Below, piece by piece: positions 1-7,967 of a stretch of 64,000 nucleotides of DNA; the first letter of the stretch is position 1; every line of letters starts with the position of its first letter. Made by a program: the position numbers and the translations under genes. This DNA is from a virus. The notes below the pieces were generated by a model, which saw only the letters and a program-made list of their open reading frames with translations, searched no databases and had not been told where the DNA came from. The stretch lies in the IMG/VR virus record IMGVR_UViG_3300032267_001204, positions 8,314 through 72,313 of that record; one strand, 5' to 3'.

Positions 1-2
1 TC

Positions 3-374
3 TGCGAGTGGCTCGCGATCGGGCTGCCTGAGAAAGGACCCCTGACCTCCCGCAAGAACATCGAGCGGCTGTCCTTGAACAAGTCGGCCCTCAAAGAGGT
101 CGGGCTCGACGCCAAATGGGAGCAAAACGTGTTGCGCCACAGCTTTTGCTCCTACCATCTGGCCCTGCACCGCAACGCAGCCCTGACCTCGGAGCAGGCC
201 GGCAACTCGCCGCAGATGCTCCGTGAGCACTACAAATCTCTGGTGGCGCCAGCCGCCGCCAAGGAATGGTTCGAGATCACTCCCGAGAAGGTTAATCAAT
301 TCGCGGGTGCGAATAATCTTACCGGGTTAATAAAATGGTCTTGCCAAAAGAAAGGAGGGGTAACAATCTCGTAA
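3..374 (+). CDS. int: Tyrosine recombinase/integrase, C-terminal part (5' truncated by window edge)
   Basis: Frame is open from base 3. Contains LRHSFCSYHLA and AGNSPQMLREHY (catalytic Arg box and C-terminal Tyr nucleophile). Confidence 0.85.
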   Translation, partial: CEWLAIGLPEKGPLTSRKNIERLSLNKSALKEVGLDAKWEQNVLRHSFCSYHLALHRNAALTSEQAGNSPQMLREHYKSLVAPAAAKEWFEITPEKVNQFAGANNLTGLIKWSCQKKGGVTIS

Positions 375-411
375 CAACCTTGAAACCCCAATCAAAGGAA
401 AACACAACATC

Positions 412-702
412 ATGCCCAATCAACTAAAACCAGGAACACGCCGTCTCTCCTATGTCGAGACGCGCCAAGCAGCCAAAGCTTTGGATATCTTAGCTGCGGC
501 CAAAAGCACCAACGTATCGGCCCTAATTCGTGAGGCCACCGAGGATTACCTAAAAAAAGTAGATAAAGACAACTCCGTCCGAAAGCTCGCCCTGCAAATC
601 GTGAACGAACTTCCCGACGACGCGGAAGAACGAGCGGAAGCGGATTTAGACCCGAAAACCATGGAGCAGCTCACCGCCGTGATGAAACACATTCGGCGTT
701 GA
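412..702 (+). CDS. Putative ribbon-helix-helix transcriptional regulator (repressor candidate)
   Basis: RRLSYVE strand followed by helices ALDILAAAKSTNVSALIREA, a CopG/RHH-like pattern. Lies next to the integrase; AAGGA upstream. Confidence 0.55.
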   Translation: MPNQLKPGTRRLSYVETRQAAKALDILAAAKSTNVSALIREATEDYLKKVDKDNSVRKLALQIVNELPDDAEERAEADLDPKTMEQLTAVMKHIRR

Positions 703-739
703 CCGGCATTATCAGAATGTTAATATCGGCCCCTCTAAG

Positions 740-797
740 TCCTAACCTAAACACCTAAACTAAACTAAACCTAAACCAAAACCTAAATATACCATAA
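740..797 (+). repeat. G-free tract of degenerate CTAAA/CCTAA repeats
   Basis: cctaacctaaacacctaaactaaactaaacctaaaccaaaacctaaatataccataa, directly before the ATG at 801. Confidence 0.7.
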
Positions 798-800
798 GTC

Positions 801-1022
801 ATGGTCGTCATCAACCTCACCCATGCTCAAGAAGAAGCGCTCAAGCGCCTATCAAACCAAGTCAACCTTCCTCCGGGGAAAATCGCCGAGTTATTTGTGC
901 AAGATGGGATTTCGTCGTATGCTTACACCAACGATGGACACTCCTCCTTGCGCGAGTCTCTTGCCGAGTCTTCAGAAGCTTCGCAACCCGAAGCTGATCC
1001 GGAGCTTTGCCAGCGACGCTGA
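801..1022 (+). CDS. Small putative DNA-binding protein (RHH-like)
   Basis: MVVINLTHAQEEALKRLS...IAELFV, a strand-helix-helix pattern. Confidence 0.5.
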   Translation: MVVINLTHAQEEALKRLSNQVNLPPGKIAELFVQDGISSYAYTNDGHSSLRESLAESSEASQPEADPELCQRR

Positions 1023-1125
1023 ACTAGAAGACGCACTCATTAAAGCTGCGGAGAGAACCGGCTACTCGATGTCTGAGATTATCCGGCAAGCTCTCCGCAG
1101 CTCTTTGCTTCAGCAAGGTTCTTAA
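934..1125 (+). CDS. CopG/RHH-like DNA-binding protein (start uncertain)
   Basis: RSFASDAELEDALIKAAERTGYSMSEIIRQAL is a typical RHH sequence. Overlaps the previous ORF in another frame. Confidence 0.55.
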   Translation: MDTPPCASLLPSLQKLRNPKLIRSFASDAELEDALIKAAERTGYSMSEIIRQALRSSLLQQGS

Positions 1126-1216
1126 CCTCACAACCCGTGACACTCATCAGCCTTACCTGGTGCTTGCTACTCCTCGCGGTCGTTGCCTGTATCGACGACG
1201 ACGAACCGCCCTACTT

Positions 1217-1504
1217 ATGACAATGACAATCGAATGTTCGGCTTTCACCGCGACACCGATCGCCGAAGGCCGCATCAAGCTGGAGATCCAATCGGCTGCC
1301 CCGCCACGCAAAGAAGTCTACACCGCAGGGGAAGCAATCGCTCGCCTAAGCGAGATCTTCGGCAAACCACTTCACCGCAATTCGCTGGCCTACTGGCGAA
1401 AGCAAGGGCTTCCGTGCGTCAAGCTCGGGGAGAAGAAGATCATGTACTCCGAGAACGATCTTGTTCGCTGGGCGCAAGGCCGCATCACTTCTGCCATCCC
1501 GTGA
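1217..1504 (+). CDS. Excisionase-like helix-turn-helix protein
   Basis: YTAGEAIARL...LAYWRKQGLPCVKLGEKKIMYSENDLVRW, a MerR/Xis-type HTH pattern. Confidence 0.7.
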   Translation: MTMTIECSAFTATPIAEGRIKLEIQSAAPPRKEVYTAGEAIARLSEIFGKPLHRNSLAYWRKQGLPCVKLGEKKIMYSENDLVRWAQGRITSAIP

Positions 1505-1923
1505 ATAGCCGCCAAAAAGGAAAAAGGGTCGAGCGGCTCTGGAGGGATCAACTCCGAGAGGCCGGTTTTCTCAAAGCCTACCGAGGACAACAATACTGCG
1601 GAGCGGCCGGCGACGCCGACGTGGTTTGCCCCGAATTGCCGGGCTTTCACTTCGAGGTCAAAGGCGTCCAGAACTTGAACGTCTTGGCCGCGATGAAGCA
1701 GGCACTCAACGACTGCGGAAAAAAGATTCCGGTCCTAGCGCATAAGAAAAACGGCGAGCCGTGGCTTGTGACCATGCTCGCCGATGACTGGCTGGAACTT
1801 GTCCGCCGATCCGACTACCCGGCTACGGAAGTGGAGTCAACAAAGACTCCAACCGCTCAAAGCGATGAAGCCCCGGCGGCTGAACAACCGGCTCAACGTC
1901 AATGTATCGGTCCAAACGGGTGA
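1501..1923 (+). CDS. Holliday junction resolvase (PD-(D/E)XK)
   Basis: GTG start overlaps the upstream stop. NSRQKGKRVER...ADVV...HFEVK. Confidence 0.8.
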   Translation: MNSRQKGKRVERLWRDQLREAGFLKAYRGQQYCGAAGDADVVCPELPGFHFEVKGVQNLNVLAAMKQALNDCGKKIPVLAHKKNGEPWLVTMLADDWLELVRRSDYPATEVESTKTPTAQSDEAPAAEQPAQRQCIGPNG

Positions 1924-2038
1924 CTTGGTACTCCCTTGCCCCGATGCGGGTCAGAAGCGTCGTTCCGTTCTCGTCGTAAAAAGTCAGCTCATTTGCCAAG
2001 GCTGACGACACAAACAGCATACAGATTAAGTATTTCAT
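1823..2038 (-). CDS. Possible small secreted protein
   Basis: MKYLICMLFVSSALA resembles a signal peptide with an AxA site. Overlaps the resolvase 3' tail on the opposite strand. Confidence 0.35.
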   Translation of the reverse strand: MKYLICMLFVSSALANELTFYDENGTTLLTRIGAREYQVTRLDRYIDVEPVVQPPGLHRFERLESLLTPLP

Positions 2039-2076
2039 ACAAGATAGTAGACTTAAACGATACTGCCGCGTTCAAA

Positions 2077-2742
2077 ATGACTCCTTCCGAAATCCGTAAT
2101 CTCTACGACCAACAATACGCGGATTCGTACGATCAGACCTTCAGAGAAGGACCCATCGCAGCGTCGATGACCAAAAGCGAAAAGAAGATTCTCAAACTTT
2201 TACTCGGCAAAGGCGGCCCGTGGCTTGACGTCGGATGCGGCACCGGCTTCTCCCTCGCTCAATTTCCGCACATCGAGCGGACTGGGCTGGACTTGTCTCC
2301 GGCGATGTTAAAGAAGGCCCGCGCCGCGAACCAAACCGCCAACTTTATCGAAGGTAACTTTCTCGACCCCCGTCCAGAATGGAACGGACGTTTCCGCTTG
2401 GTGACCTGCATGTGGTACGCCTACGCGTTGCTGGACTCCGTCCGTGAGATCGAGTGCGCCATCGACAACATGGCTGACTGGACAGCCGGCACAGGCTTTC
2501 TCTTTGTTCCCGTGTGCGACCCGTGTGCGTTCGGAACGTTTCCAGAGCGGCAATCGTGGTGGGGCGGGGGCGCCGAAGTTCAGATTACTGCGGTTGTTTG
2601 GAACTACGCGGACTCTCACCAGCATCTTAATCTGGTAAGTCCGACTTTGGAGGTAATGCGCGAAATGCTTCGTAAGAGGTTCCACACAGTCACAGACATT
2701 CCTTACGAGATAACCGCGCTTCTCGCCGCCGACAAAAAATGA
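2077..2742 (+). CDS. Class I SAM-dependent methyltransferase
   Basis: WLDVGCGTG motif I and GLDLSPAML motif II. Confidence 0.85.
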   Translation: MTPSEIRNLYDQQYADSYDQTFREGPIAASMTKSEKKILKLLLGKGGPWLDVGCGTGFSLAQFPHIERTGLDLSPAMLKKARAANQTANFIEGNFLDPRPEWNGRFRLVTCMWYAYALLDSVREIECAIDNMADWTAGTGFLFVPVCDPCAFGTFPERQSWWGGGAEVQITAVVWNYADSHQHLNLVSPTLEVMREMLRKRFHTVTDIPYEITALLAADKK

Positions 2743-5159
2743 AGCTCTTTCCTTACCAGCAAGACGCCGTCAGTAGACACCTCAAGATCCTCGACTCGGT
2801 CGGGGCCAGCTTAGACGGAACCGGCTGCGGAGGCGGAAAAACTGTTATCGCCAGCGCGGTGGCCGCCAAGTATGCGCTAAAAACCTGCGTGGTCTGCCCG
2901 AAGAGCGTCATCGCCAAGTGGGAAGCCACGCTCGCGGCGTTCGGGGTCAACCCCCTCTTTGTTCTCAACCCCGAAAAGTTACGGAACGGGAACACGCCCT
3001 GGGTGAAGAAACTACCCAAAGGAAGGAAGGGATCGACGTTCGAGTGGCAGCTTCCCGAGCGGTGTCTTTTGATTTTCGACGAGGCGCACGTCTGCGGCTC
3101 GGCGACGTCCCAGAACGGAAAACTCCTTGAGTCCGCCGCTGACCATTGCGTTCTCATGCTCTCAGCGACCGCTGCCGAGTCCCCTCTCCGCATGAAAGCC
3201 ATCGGAGTCCAACTCCGGCTCTTTTCCTCCGGCTACTACTGGAAATGGGTGCGCGAACAAGGTGCGGTCGAGTCTCGTTGGGGCGGACTGGAGTGGGATC
3301 CTAAGCGCGCTGAAAACAAAGAAAAAATGGAACGCCTTCACCATTCGATATTCGCGAATAGAGGATACCGCGTCCCAGAGGCAGTCCTACGCGAGCAGCT
3401 CCCAGAGCTGATGATTACCGACGAACAACTATGGCTTTCCACAACCGACAAAAATGAAGTCAAAAAACTCTACGACGAAATGGCCGACCCCGAAGATCCA
3501 GGAGCGGTCAAAAACCTCCGACAGCGTCAAGCAATCGAGAAGATCAAAGTCCCCTACCTCGTGGAGAGGGCAAAAGAAATCGTGGAAGCCGGAGGATCAG
3601 CCGTCATTTTCTTCAATTTCCACGAATCCATCGACGCCGCCCGCGTCCATTTCGACCAAGGCTGCGTCATCGACGGTCGCGAAAGTGCGGAACAGCGGCT
3701 CGAAACGCGCCGCCGGTTTCAAGAAAACGAACTGCGGACGATCCTCGTCCAGATCGCGGCCGGCGGACAAAGCATCGACCTGCACGACACAAGTGGTTCG
3801 TTCCCTCGCGTGGCTTTGCTGTGCCCCCAATTCAGCGGAGTTGTGGAAGAGCAGGCTATCGGACGGATCGCCCGAGTGGGGACCCGGTCGAGGGCTCTCG
3901 TTATCCGACTGTTTGCCCCCGGAAGCGTAGAGGCCGCCGCCGCCAAACTCAGTGCCGAAAAACGCGAGAATTTGGAAATTTTGAATGAGGGCAAGAAAAG
4001 TTTGAACGAATCCACCAGCCCCGCAGTCTCTCTTTCCATGTCTGGGTTATCAACCTCACAACCGCCGGCCGAAGCGCCCGAAATTCTTCCCGCTCACAGC
4101 GAGCATTCACCCTCAAGCCTAAAACTCAAAGCTATATGCCCAGGATTCCGAAACGACCAAACCAGAGACAAATCAGCAGCCGACCGAGGGACCCTCGGCC
4201 ACAAAGCAGTGGAGCTGGAAAACCTCGACGTGATTCCACCGGACGATTCGCGTCTGCGCGAAGCAGCGGAAATGTGCCTGAAGTATCTCTCCCTGCTGCG
4301 GAAAAAGGTCGGCCTAAGCGCAAAGGAAATTCGCGAAGAAAGGTACTCGATGCTGGATCAGTTTGGTCATATCGACCATCTGTTCCTGAACGGGCCGCAA
4401 GCCCACTTGATCGACTACAAGTTTGCGTTCAGCGCCTACGAAGCGGACTCACCTCAATTTTGGGCCTATTGTCTCGGCGTTTGGGATAAACATCCCGAGG
4501 TCGAGGAAATTACCGCCCACGTAGTTTTACCATTTCAAGGGGTTATCGACGTCGAGTCTTGGTCGCGGAAGTCCGACTATGAGCGGCTCTCGGCGCAAAC
4601 CGCCGCGATCATCGAAGCAGCTCGCCGCGATAACCCCGAGACTTACCAGACCGGCAGCCATTGCGCGTGGTGCGGGCAACGGGCCAAATGCCCAAAGCTC
4701 AACAACCTCGCGCTGGCCGTCGCCGCTCAATACCAACCCGAAGCGCTGGAACTTCCGGCCAAGTTCGACCCCGCACTGATCGACGATCCAGAGGTAATGG
4801 CGGTTGCCAAAAAACTCGGCCCGATCCTCAAAGCGTGGGCCGAAAAAGTCGATAGCCGCGCCTTGGAAATGCGATTGGTCGAGGGCATCGAGATTCCTGG
4901 GTTTGCGCTCGCCGAGCGGTCTGCGCCTTTCAAAATCGTTGACGCCCAGGCCGCTTGGGAGGTCGTCAAAGACCACATGACGCCCGAGGCTTTCGCCGGA
5001 TGCGCCGAGGTCAAAATCGGCGCGTTGGAGAAAGCATTCGTCCGCACCGCCAAACGCGGAACGATCAAATCCGCCAAGGAAACACTGCGCGCTGCGCTGC
5101 TAGACGCCAACGCCGCACAAGCGGACGGCACCTCACACTTTCTTCGGAGGATCGTATGA
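2739..5159 (+). CDS. SF2 (SNF2-like) helicase fused to a Cas4-like/DUF2800-type PD-(D/E)XK exonuclease
   Basis: LFPYQ, GCGGGKT, IFDEAH, SAT and QAIGRIARVG helicase motifs. These are followed by HSPSS..ICPG, GTLGH, GHID, IDYKF and HCAWC..RAKC nuclease motifs. Confidence 0.85.
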   Translation: MKLFPYQQDAVSRHLKILDSVGASLDGTGCGGGKTVIASAVAAKYALKTCVVCPKSVIAKWEATLAAFGVNPLFVLNPEKLRNGNTPWVKKLPKGRKGSTFEWQLPERCLLIFDEAHVCGSATSQNGKLLESAADHCVLMLSATAAESPLRMKAIGVQLRLFSSGYYWKWVREQGAVESRWGGLEWDPKRAENKEKMERLHHSIFANRGYRVPEAVLREQLPELMITDEQLWLSTTDKNEVKKLYDEMADPEDPGAVKNLRQRQAIEKIKVPYLVERAKEIVEAGGSAVIFFNFHESIDAARVHFDQGCVIDGRESAEQRLETRRRFQENELRTILVQIAAGGQSIDLHDTSGSFPRVALLCPQFSGVVEEQAIGRIARVGTRSRALVIRLFAPGSVEAAAAKLSAEKRENLEILNEGKKSLNESTSPAVSLSMSGLSTSQPPAEAPEILPAHSEHSPSSLKLKAICPGFRNDQTRDKSAADRGTLGHKAVELENLDVIPPDDSRLREAAEMCLKYLSLLRKKVGLSAKEIREERYSMLDQFGHIDHLFLNGPQAHLIDYKFAFSAYEADSPQFWAYCLGVWDKHPEVEEITAHVVLPFQGVIDVESWSRKSDYERLSAQTAAIIEAARRDNPETYQTGSHCAWCGQRAKCPKLNNLALAVAAQYQPEALELPAKFDPALIDDPEVMAVAKKLGPILKAWAEKVDSRALEMRLVEGIEIPGFALAERSAPFKIVDAQAAWEVVKDHMTPEAFAGCAEVKIGALEKAFVRTAKRGTIKSAKETLRAALLDANAAQADGTSHFLRRIV

Positions 5160-5299
5160 CTCGAACTACCCGCCTCTGCATTGTTGCGTCGGCTGCCTAC
5201 ATCGCCTTCATCGTCACGTTGGTAATTGTCGTGCCGCGAATGGTCGCCAACAAAACGCCCGAGCCGGACTTGTCGCTCTGCCCCTTCTGCCACAAATGA
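5156..5299 (+). CDS. Small membrane protein with C-terminal CxxC
   Basis: ATGA overlap with the upstream gene; hydrophobic stretch, then CPFCHK. Confidence 0.5.
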   Translation: MTRTTRLCIVASAAYIAFIVTLVIVVPRMVANKTPEPDLSLCPFCHK

Positions 5300-5535
5300 T
5301 CTGCCATGAGTTCCGCATCCCGATCTCGGTTCACACGCCTATGGGCGAAGGCGACGCGCTTCTGTTCGTCGATTACGGGCTGGCGGTTAACTCGATGTGG
5401 GTCGTGCGGCTCCATCATTCCGGCGTCGTCAAACACTTCTTCTCCGAAGACGTCCGCGTTTACGGAAACCCGATGGATGGGCGGGGATGGGACGCTGAAA
5501 TTCCGAAGGATTGGAAAACTTTGAAGGGTTCTTAA
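5296..5535 (+). CDS. Hypothetical phage protein
   Basis: ATGA overlap; globular composition. Confidence 0.6.
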   Translation: MICHEFRIPISVHTPMGEGDALLFVDYGLAVNSMWVVRLHHSGVVKHFFSEDVRVYGNPMDGRGWDAEIPKDWKTLKGS

Positions 5536-5589
5536 CCCAACAACCGAGGCAGCGGAACTGCCGAACAACCAAACAAAACTAAACATCGT

Positions 5590-6348
5590 ATGAGTAAAAT
5601 ATCGTTCGAAGACCTCGACAAGGCCCCGGCCGAGTCGAACACCGAAACCGCAGTCGTCGTGAAACCGGAGCTGGCCGTAGCCGTCCCGAGCATCGCCGAG
5701 CCAGCCAAGGGGTTGCTGGGTGAATGGACCGCGCAAGACACGCGCCTTCCCCGCCTCAACCTCGTCAACAAGAGCGGCGACCTCGCCAACACGTTCGTCC
5801 CGGGGACTTACGTGATAAATAAAGAGCATCAGCTCAGCCAACTCTCGGCAGACAGCCGCGAGCGGAGCAACCCGATCAACGTCATCGTCGCAACGATGGC
5901 GAAACAGTATCAGGAAAACATTCCGTTCGACGCGCGCGAGTCCACTCCGGCTCGCCGCTTCAACAAAGCCTCCGAAGTCATGGCGGCCGGCGGATCAGTC
6001 AGCCGCTTGAGCGGGGGCGGCAAGTTCTCCGAAATCGCGCACATCGAGCTGTTCGTCGAAGAACCGGAGGGGTTGACCGAAGACGCCCAGGCGCTCTTCT
6101 ACTACACGTTCGGGGGCAAAAAATACACCCGCGTCATGTGGACTGTCAGCGGCACCGCTTTCGGCGCAGTCGCCGTCACGATCGCCAGTGCGCTGCGGGG
6201 ACACTTGGCTTCGACTGGACTGACCGGAGGTCAATGGCTCCTCGGGTCGAACCTGATCAAAGGCCAAAATAGCTGGTGGCAGCCGAGCATCCGCACCAAC
6301 GGCCTCGTGGCTCCAGAGGTCACCAAGGAAATCGAGGGCAACCTCTAA
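5590..6348 (+). CDS. Putative ssDNA-binding/recombination protein
   Basis: LPRLNLVN...FVPG pattern, beta-rich, located between the nuclease and the polymerase. Function is inferred. Confidence 0.5.
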   Translation: MSKISFEDLDKAPAESNTETAVVVKPELAVAVPSIAEPAKGLLGEWTAQDTRLPRLNLVNKSGDLANTFVPGTYVINKEHQLSQLSADSRERSNPINVIVATMAKQYQENIPFDARESTPARRFNKASEVMAAGGSVSRLSGGGKFSEIAHIELFVEEPEGLTEDAQALFYYTFGGKKYTRVMWTVSGTAFGAVAVTIASALRGHLASTGLTGGQWLLGSNLIKGQNSWWQPSIRTNGLVAPEVTKEIEGNL

Positions 6349-6355
6349 TCAATCT

Positions 6356-6407
6356 GCTTCCGGCCGGGGAATTGTTTGTGGGGGCATGGGCACCCTCGGC
6401 CGGAAGC
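6356..6407 (+). terminator. Long GC-rich stem-loop (terminator or processing site)
   Basis: GCTTCCGGCCGGGG ... CCTCGGCCGGAAGC followed by tcctcttt. Confidence 0.5.
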
Positions 6408-6415
6408 TCCTCTTT

Positions 6416-7000
6416 ATGACCCACCTTTACATTGCGGGACCAATGCGCGGCTACCCGCGCTACAATTTTGACGCGTTTCTCGCCGCCGACATCGACCTCC
6501 GAGATCGCGGGTTTGAACCAATCAACCCGGCGAAACTAGATTTGGACGCGGGCTTCGATCCCGACAAAGATCCCGTCACCGCTGAGTTCATGGACAACGC
6601 CATGCGACGCGACATTGCCGGAGTGATGAAAGCCGAGGGTCTTGTCCTTCTTCCGGGATGGGAGCATTCGACCGGCGCCAGAGCTGAAAAAGCTCTAGCC
6701 GAATGGCGCGGCATCCCAATTCTTCTCTACCCTTCGCTCGCGGAACTCGACAAAGAGTCGATCCTCCTCGAAGCCGAGAGGCTTACGGACGGCGACCGGC
6801 AAAGCCAATACGGGCCGCCGGAGCAGGATTTCGCGAGAACAGCCGCCATGTGGAACGCCCTTTTCGGGTGGGCCGCCACGGCTCGCGATGTAGCGATTGC
6901 AATGATCTGCCTCAAACTTTCGCGGCAGACCCACATGGCGAAGCGCGACAATTGGACGGACATCGCGGGTTACGCCAAGTGCGGATGGAGGTGTCCGTGA
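6416..7000 (+). CDS. DUF4406-like (nucleoside deoxyribosyltransferase fold) domain fused to a DUF6378-like domain
   Basis: LYIAGPMRG..NF..F, INPA and LPGWEHSTGARAE; then GDRQSQYG and LKLSR..KRDNWTDIAGYA. Confidence 0.75.
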   Translation: MTHLYIAGPMRGYPRYNFDAFLAADIDLRDRGFEPINPAKLDLDAGFDPDKDPVTAEFMDNAMRRDIAGVMKAEGLVLLPGWEHSTGARAEKALAEWRGIPILLYPSLAELDKESILLEAERLTDGDRQSQYGPPEQDFARTAAMWNALFGWAATARDVAIAMICLKLSRQTHMAKRDNWTDIAGYAKCGWRCP

Positions 7001-7329
7001 ACGAGCAGCTCGAACTCTTTAACGCGTTTAGACGGGGGCACGAGGCTGCCGAAGCGGCGGCCGACCGCGCTGACCGAGACTCCGACGGCTGGACAGAACA
7101 AGCTGAAGTCCTGTTTGCGCGGTTCGCCAAGGAAGCAGCGAAACCTTTTCTAACAGAAGAGGCCCGCAGATTCGCCGAGTCTTGCGGCCTTCCTAAACCT
7201 CCCGACGGCCGAGCGTGGGGGCACGTCGCCAAGAAATGCCAAAGAACTGGAGTAATCGTCCCTGCCGGTTTCCGCGCCGCCAAGTCATCAAACGGTTCGC
7301 CCAAAATTCTCTGGGCCGCAAACAACTAA
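6997..7329 (+). CDS. Hypothetical phage protein
   Basis: GTGA overlap with GGAGG upstream; PPDGRAWG motif. Confidence 0.65.
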   Translation: MNEQLELFNAFRRGHEAAEAAADRADRDSDGWTEQAEVLFARFAKEAAKPFLTEEARRFAESCGLPKPPDGRAWGHVAKKCQRTGVIVPAGFRAAKSSNGSPKILWAANN

Positions 7330-7333
7330 CTCT

Positions 7334-7516
7334 ATGAAACACACCGAAGAATTCACCGCATGGAAAGCCCTCGCCGGCCCTTACCGCGACGACGAGCAAT
7401 GGATGTTGGATAACGTACTCGCCGATCTCCGGCGCGGCGGCATCAAGTTCCAAGTGCGATACACCACGAGCGGGTTAGAGGTCTGGCGCGACAAAATCGG
7501 GTGGCTCGGCGAATGA
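7334..7516 (+). CDS. Hypothetical protein
   Basis: Tightly packed operon ORF. Confidence 0.55.
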   Translation: MKHTEEFTAWKALAGPYRDDEQWMLDNVLADLRRGGIKFQVRYTTSGLEVWRDKIGWLGE

Positions 7517-7782
7517 GGACTTACACCATCGTCATTGAGGAAAACGTTCCGCTGGCGCGCAAGACCAAGGCCGGAAACCTCTACGTGCATCCGCTGTCGT
7601 GGATCATCGAAAAACTACGGGTAAACGATTCGTTCCTTTACCCCGCGTCTACGGGTGAGCGGCCCAACAACCTTCGCTCCATAGCCAACGGCTATGCCAA
7701 GCGCCTTGGTATCAAAATTGCCACGCGCACAGTGATCGACCGAGACGGGGTCGATCGCATCCGCTTTTACCGCACAGCATGA
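7513..7782 (+). CDS. Hypothetical basic protein
   Basis: ATGA overlaps at both ends. Confidence 0.55.
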   Translation: MRTYTIVIEENVPLARKTKAGNLYVHPLSWIIEKLRVNDSFLYPASTGERPNNLRSIANGYAKRLGIKIATRTVIDRDGVDRIRFYRTA

Positions 7783-7967
7783 GTAACTACACGCTAGGCC
7801 GATTCAGCGATCCGGACATTGTTCGGCCGGAACAGACTCTCTCCGTCACGCTCGGAGTTCTGTGCGGCATCCAAATCGAGCAAGAAGACTTGATCGACGA
7901 ACTCTGCGACTTCGCGGGCTACCTCCTCACCCTTATCTGCGAACTCGATGGTAGCGATCGACTTTGA
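7779..7967 (+). CDS. Hypothetical acidic protein
   Basis: ATGA overlap with the upstream gene. Confidence 0.4.
   Translation: MSNYTLGRFSDPDIVRPEQTLSVTLGVLCGIQIEQEDLIDELCDFAGYLLTLICELDGSDRL

Noticed and set aside
740-797. CCTAAA tract as a telomere-like repeat
   Set aside because: Short, degenerate and internal; better explained as an unstructured leader or a binding array.
4090-5159. Cas4-like domain as part of a CRISPR system
   Set aside because: Its context is a phage replication/recombination operon with no array or cas1.
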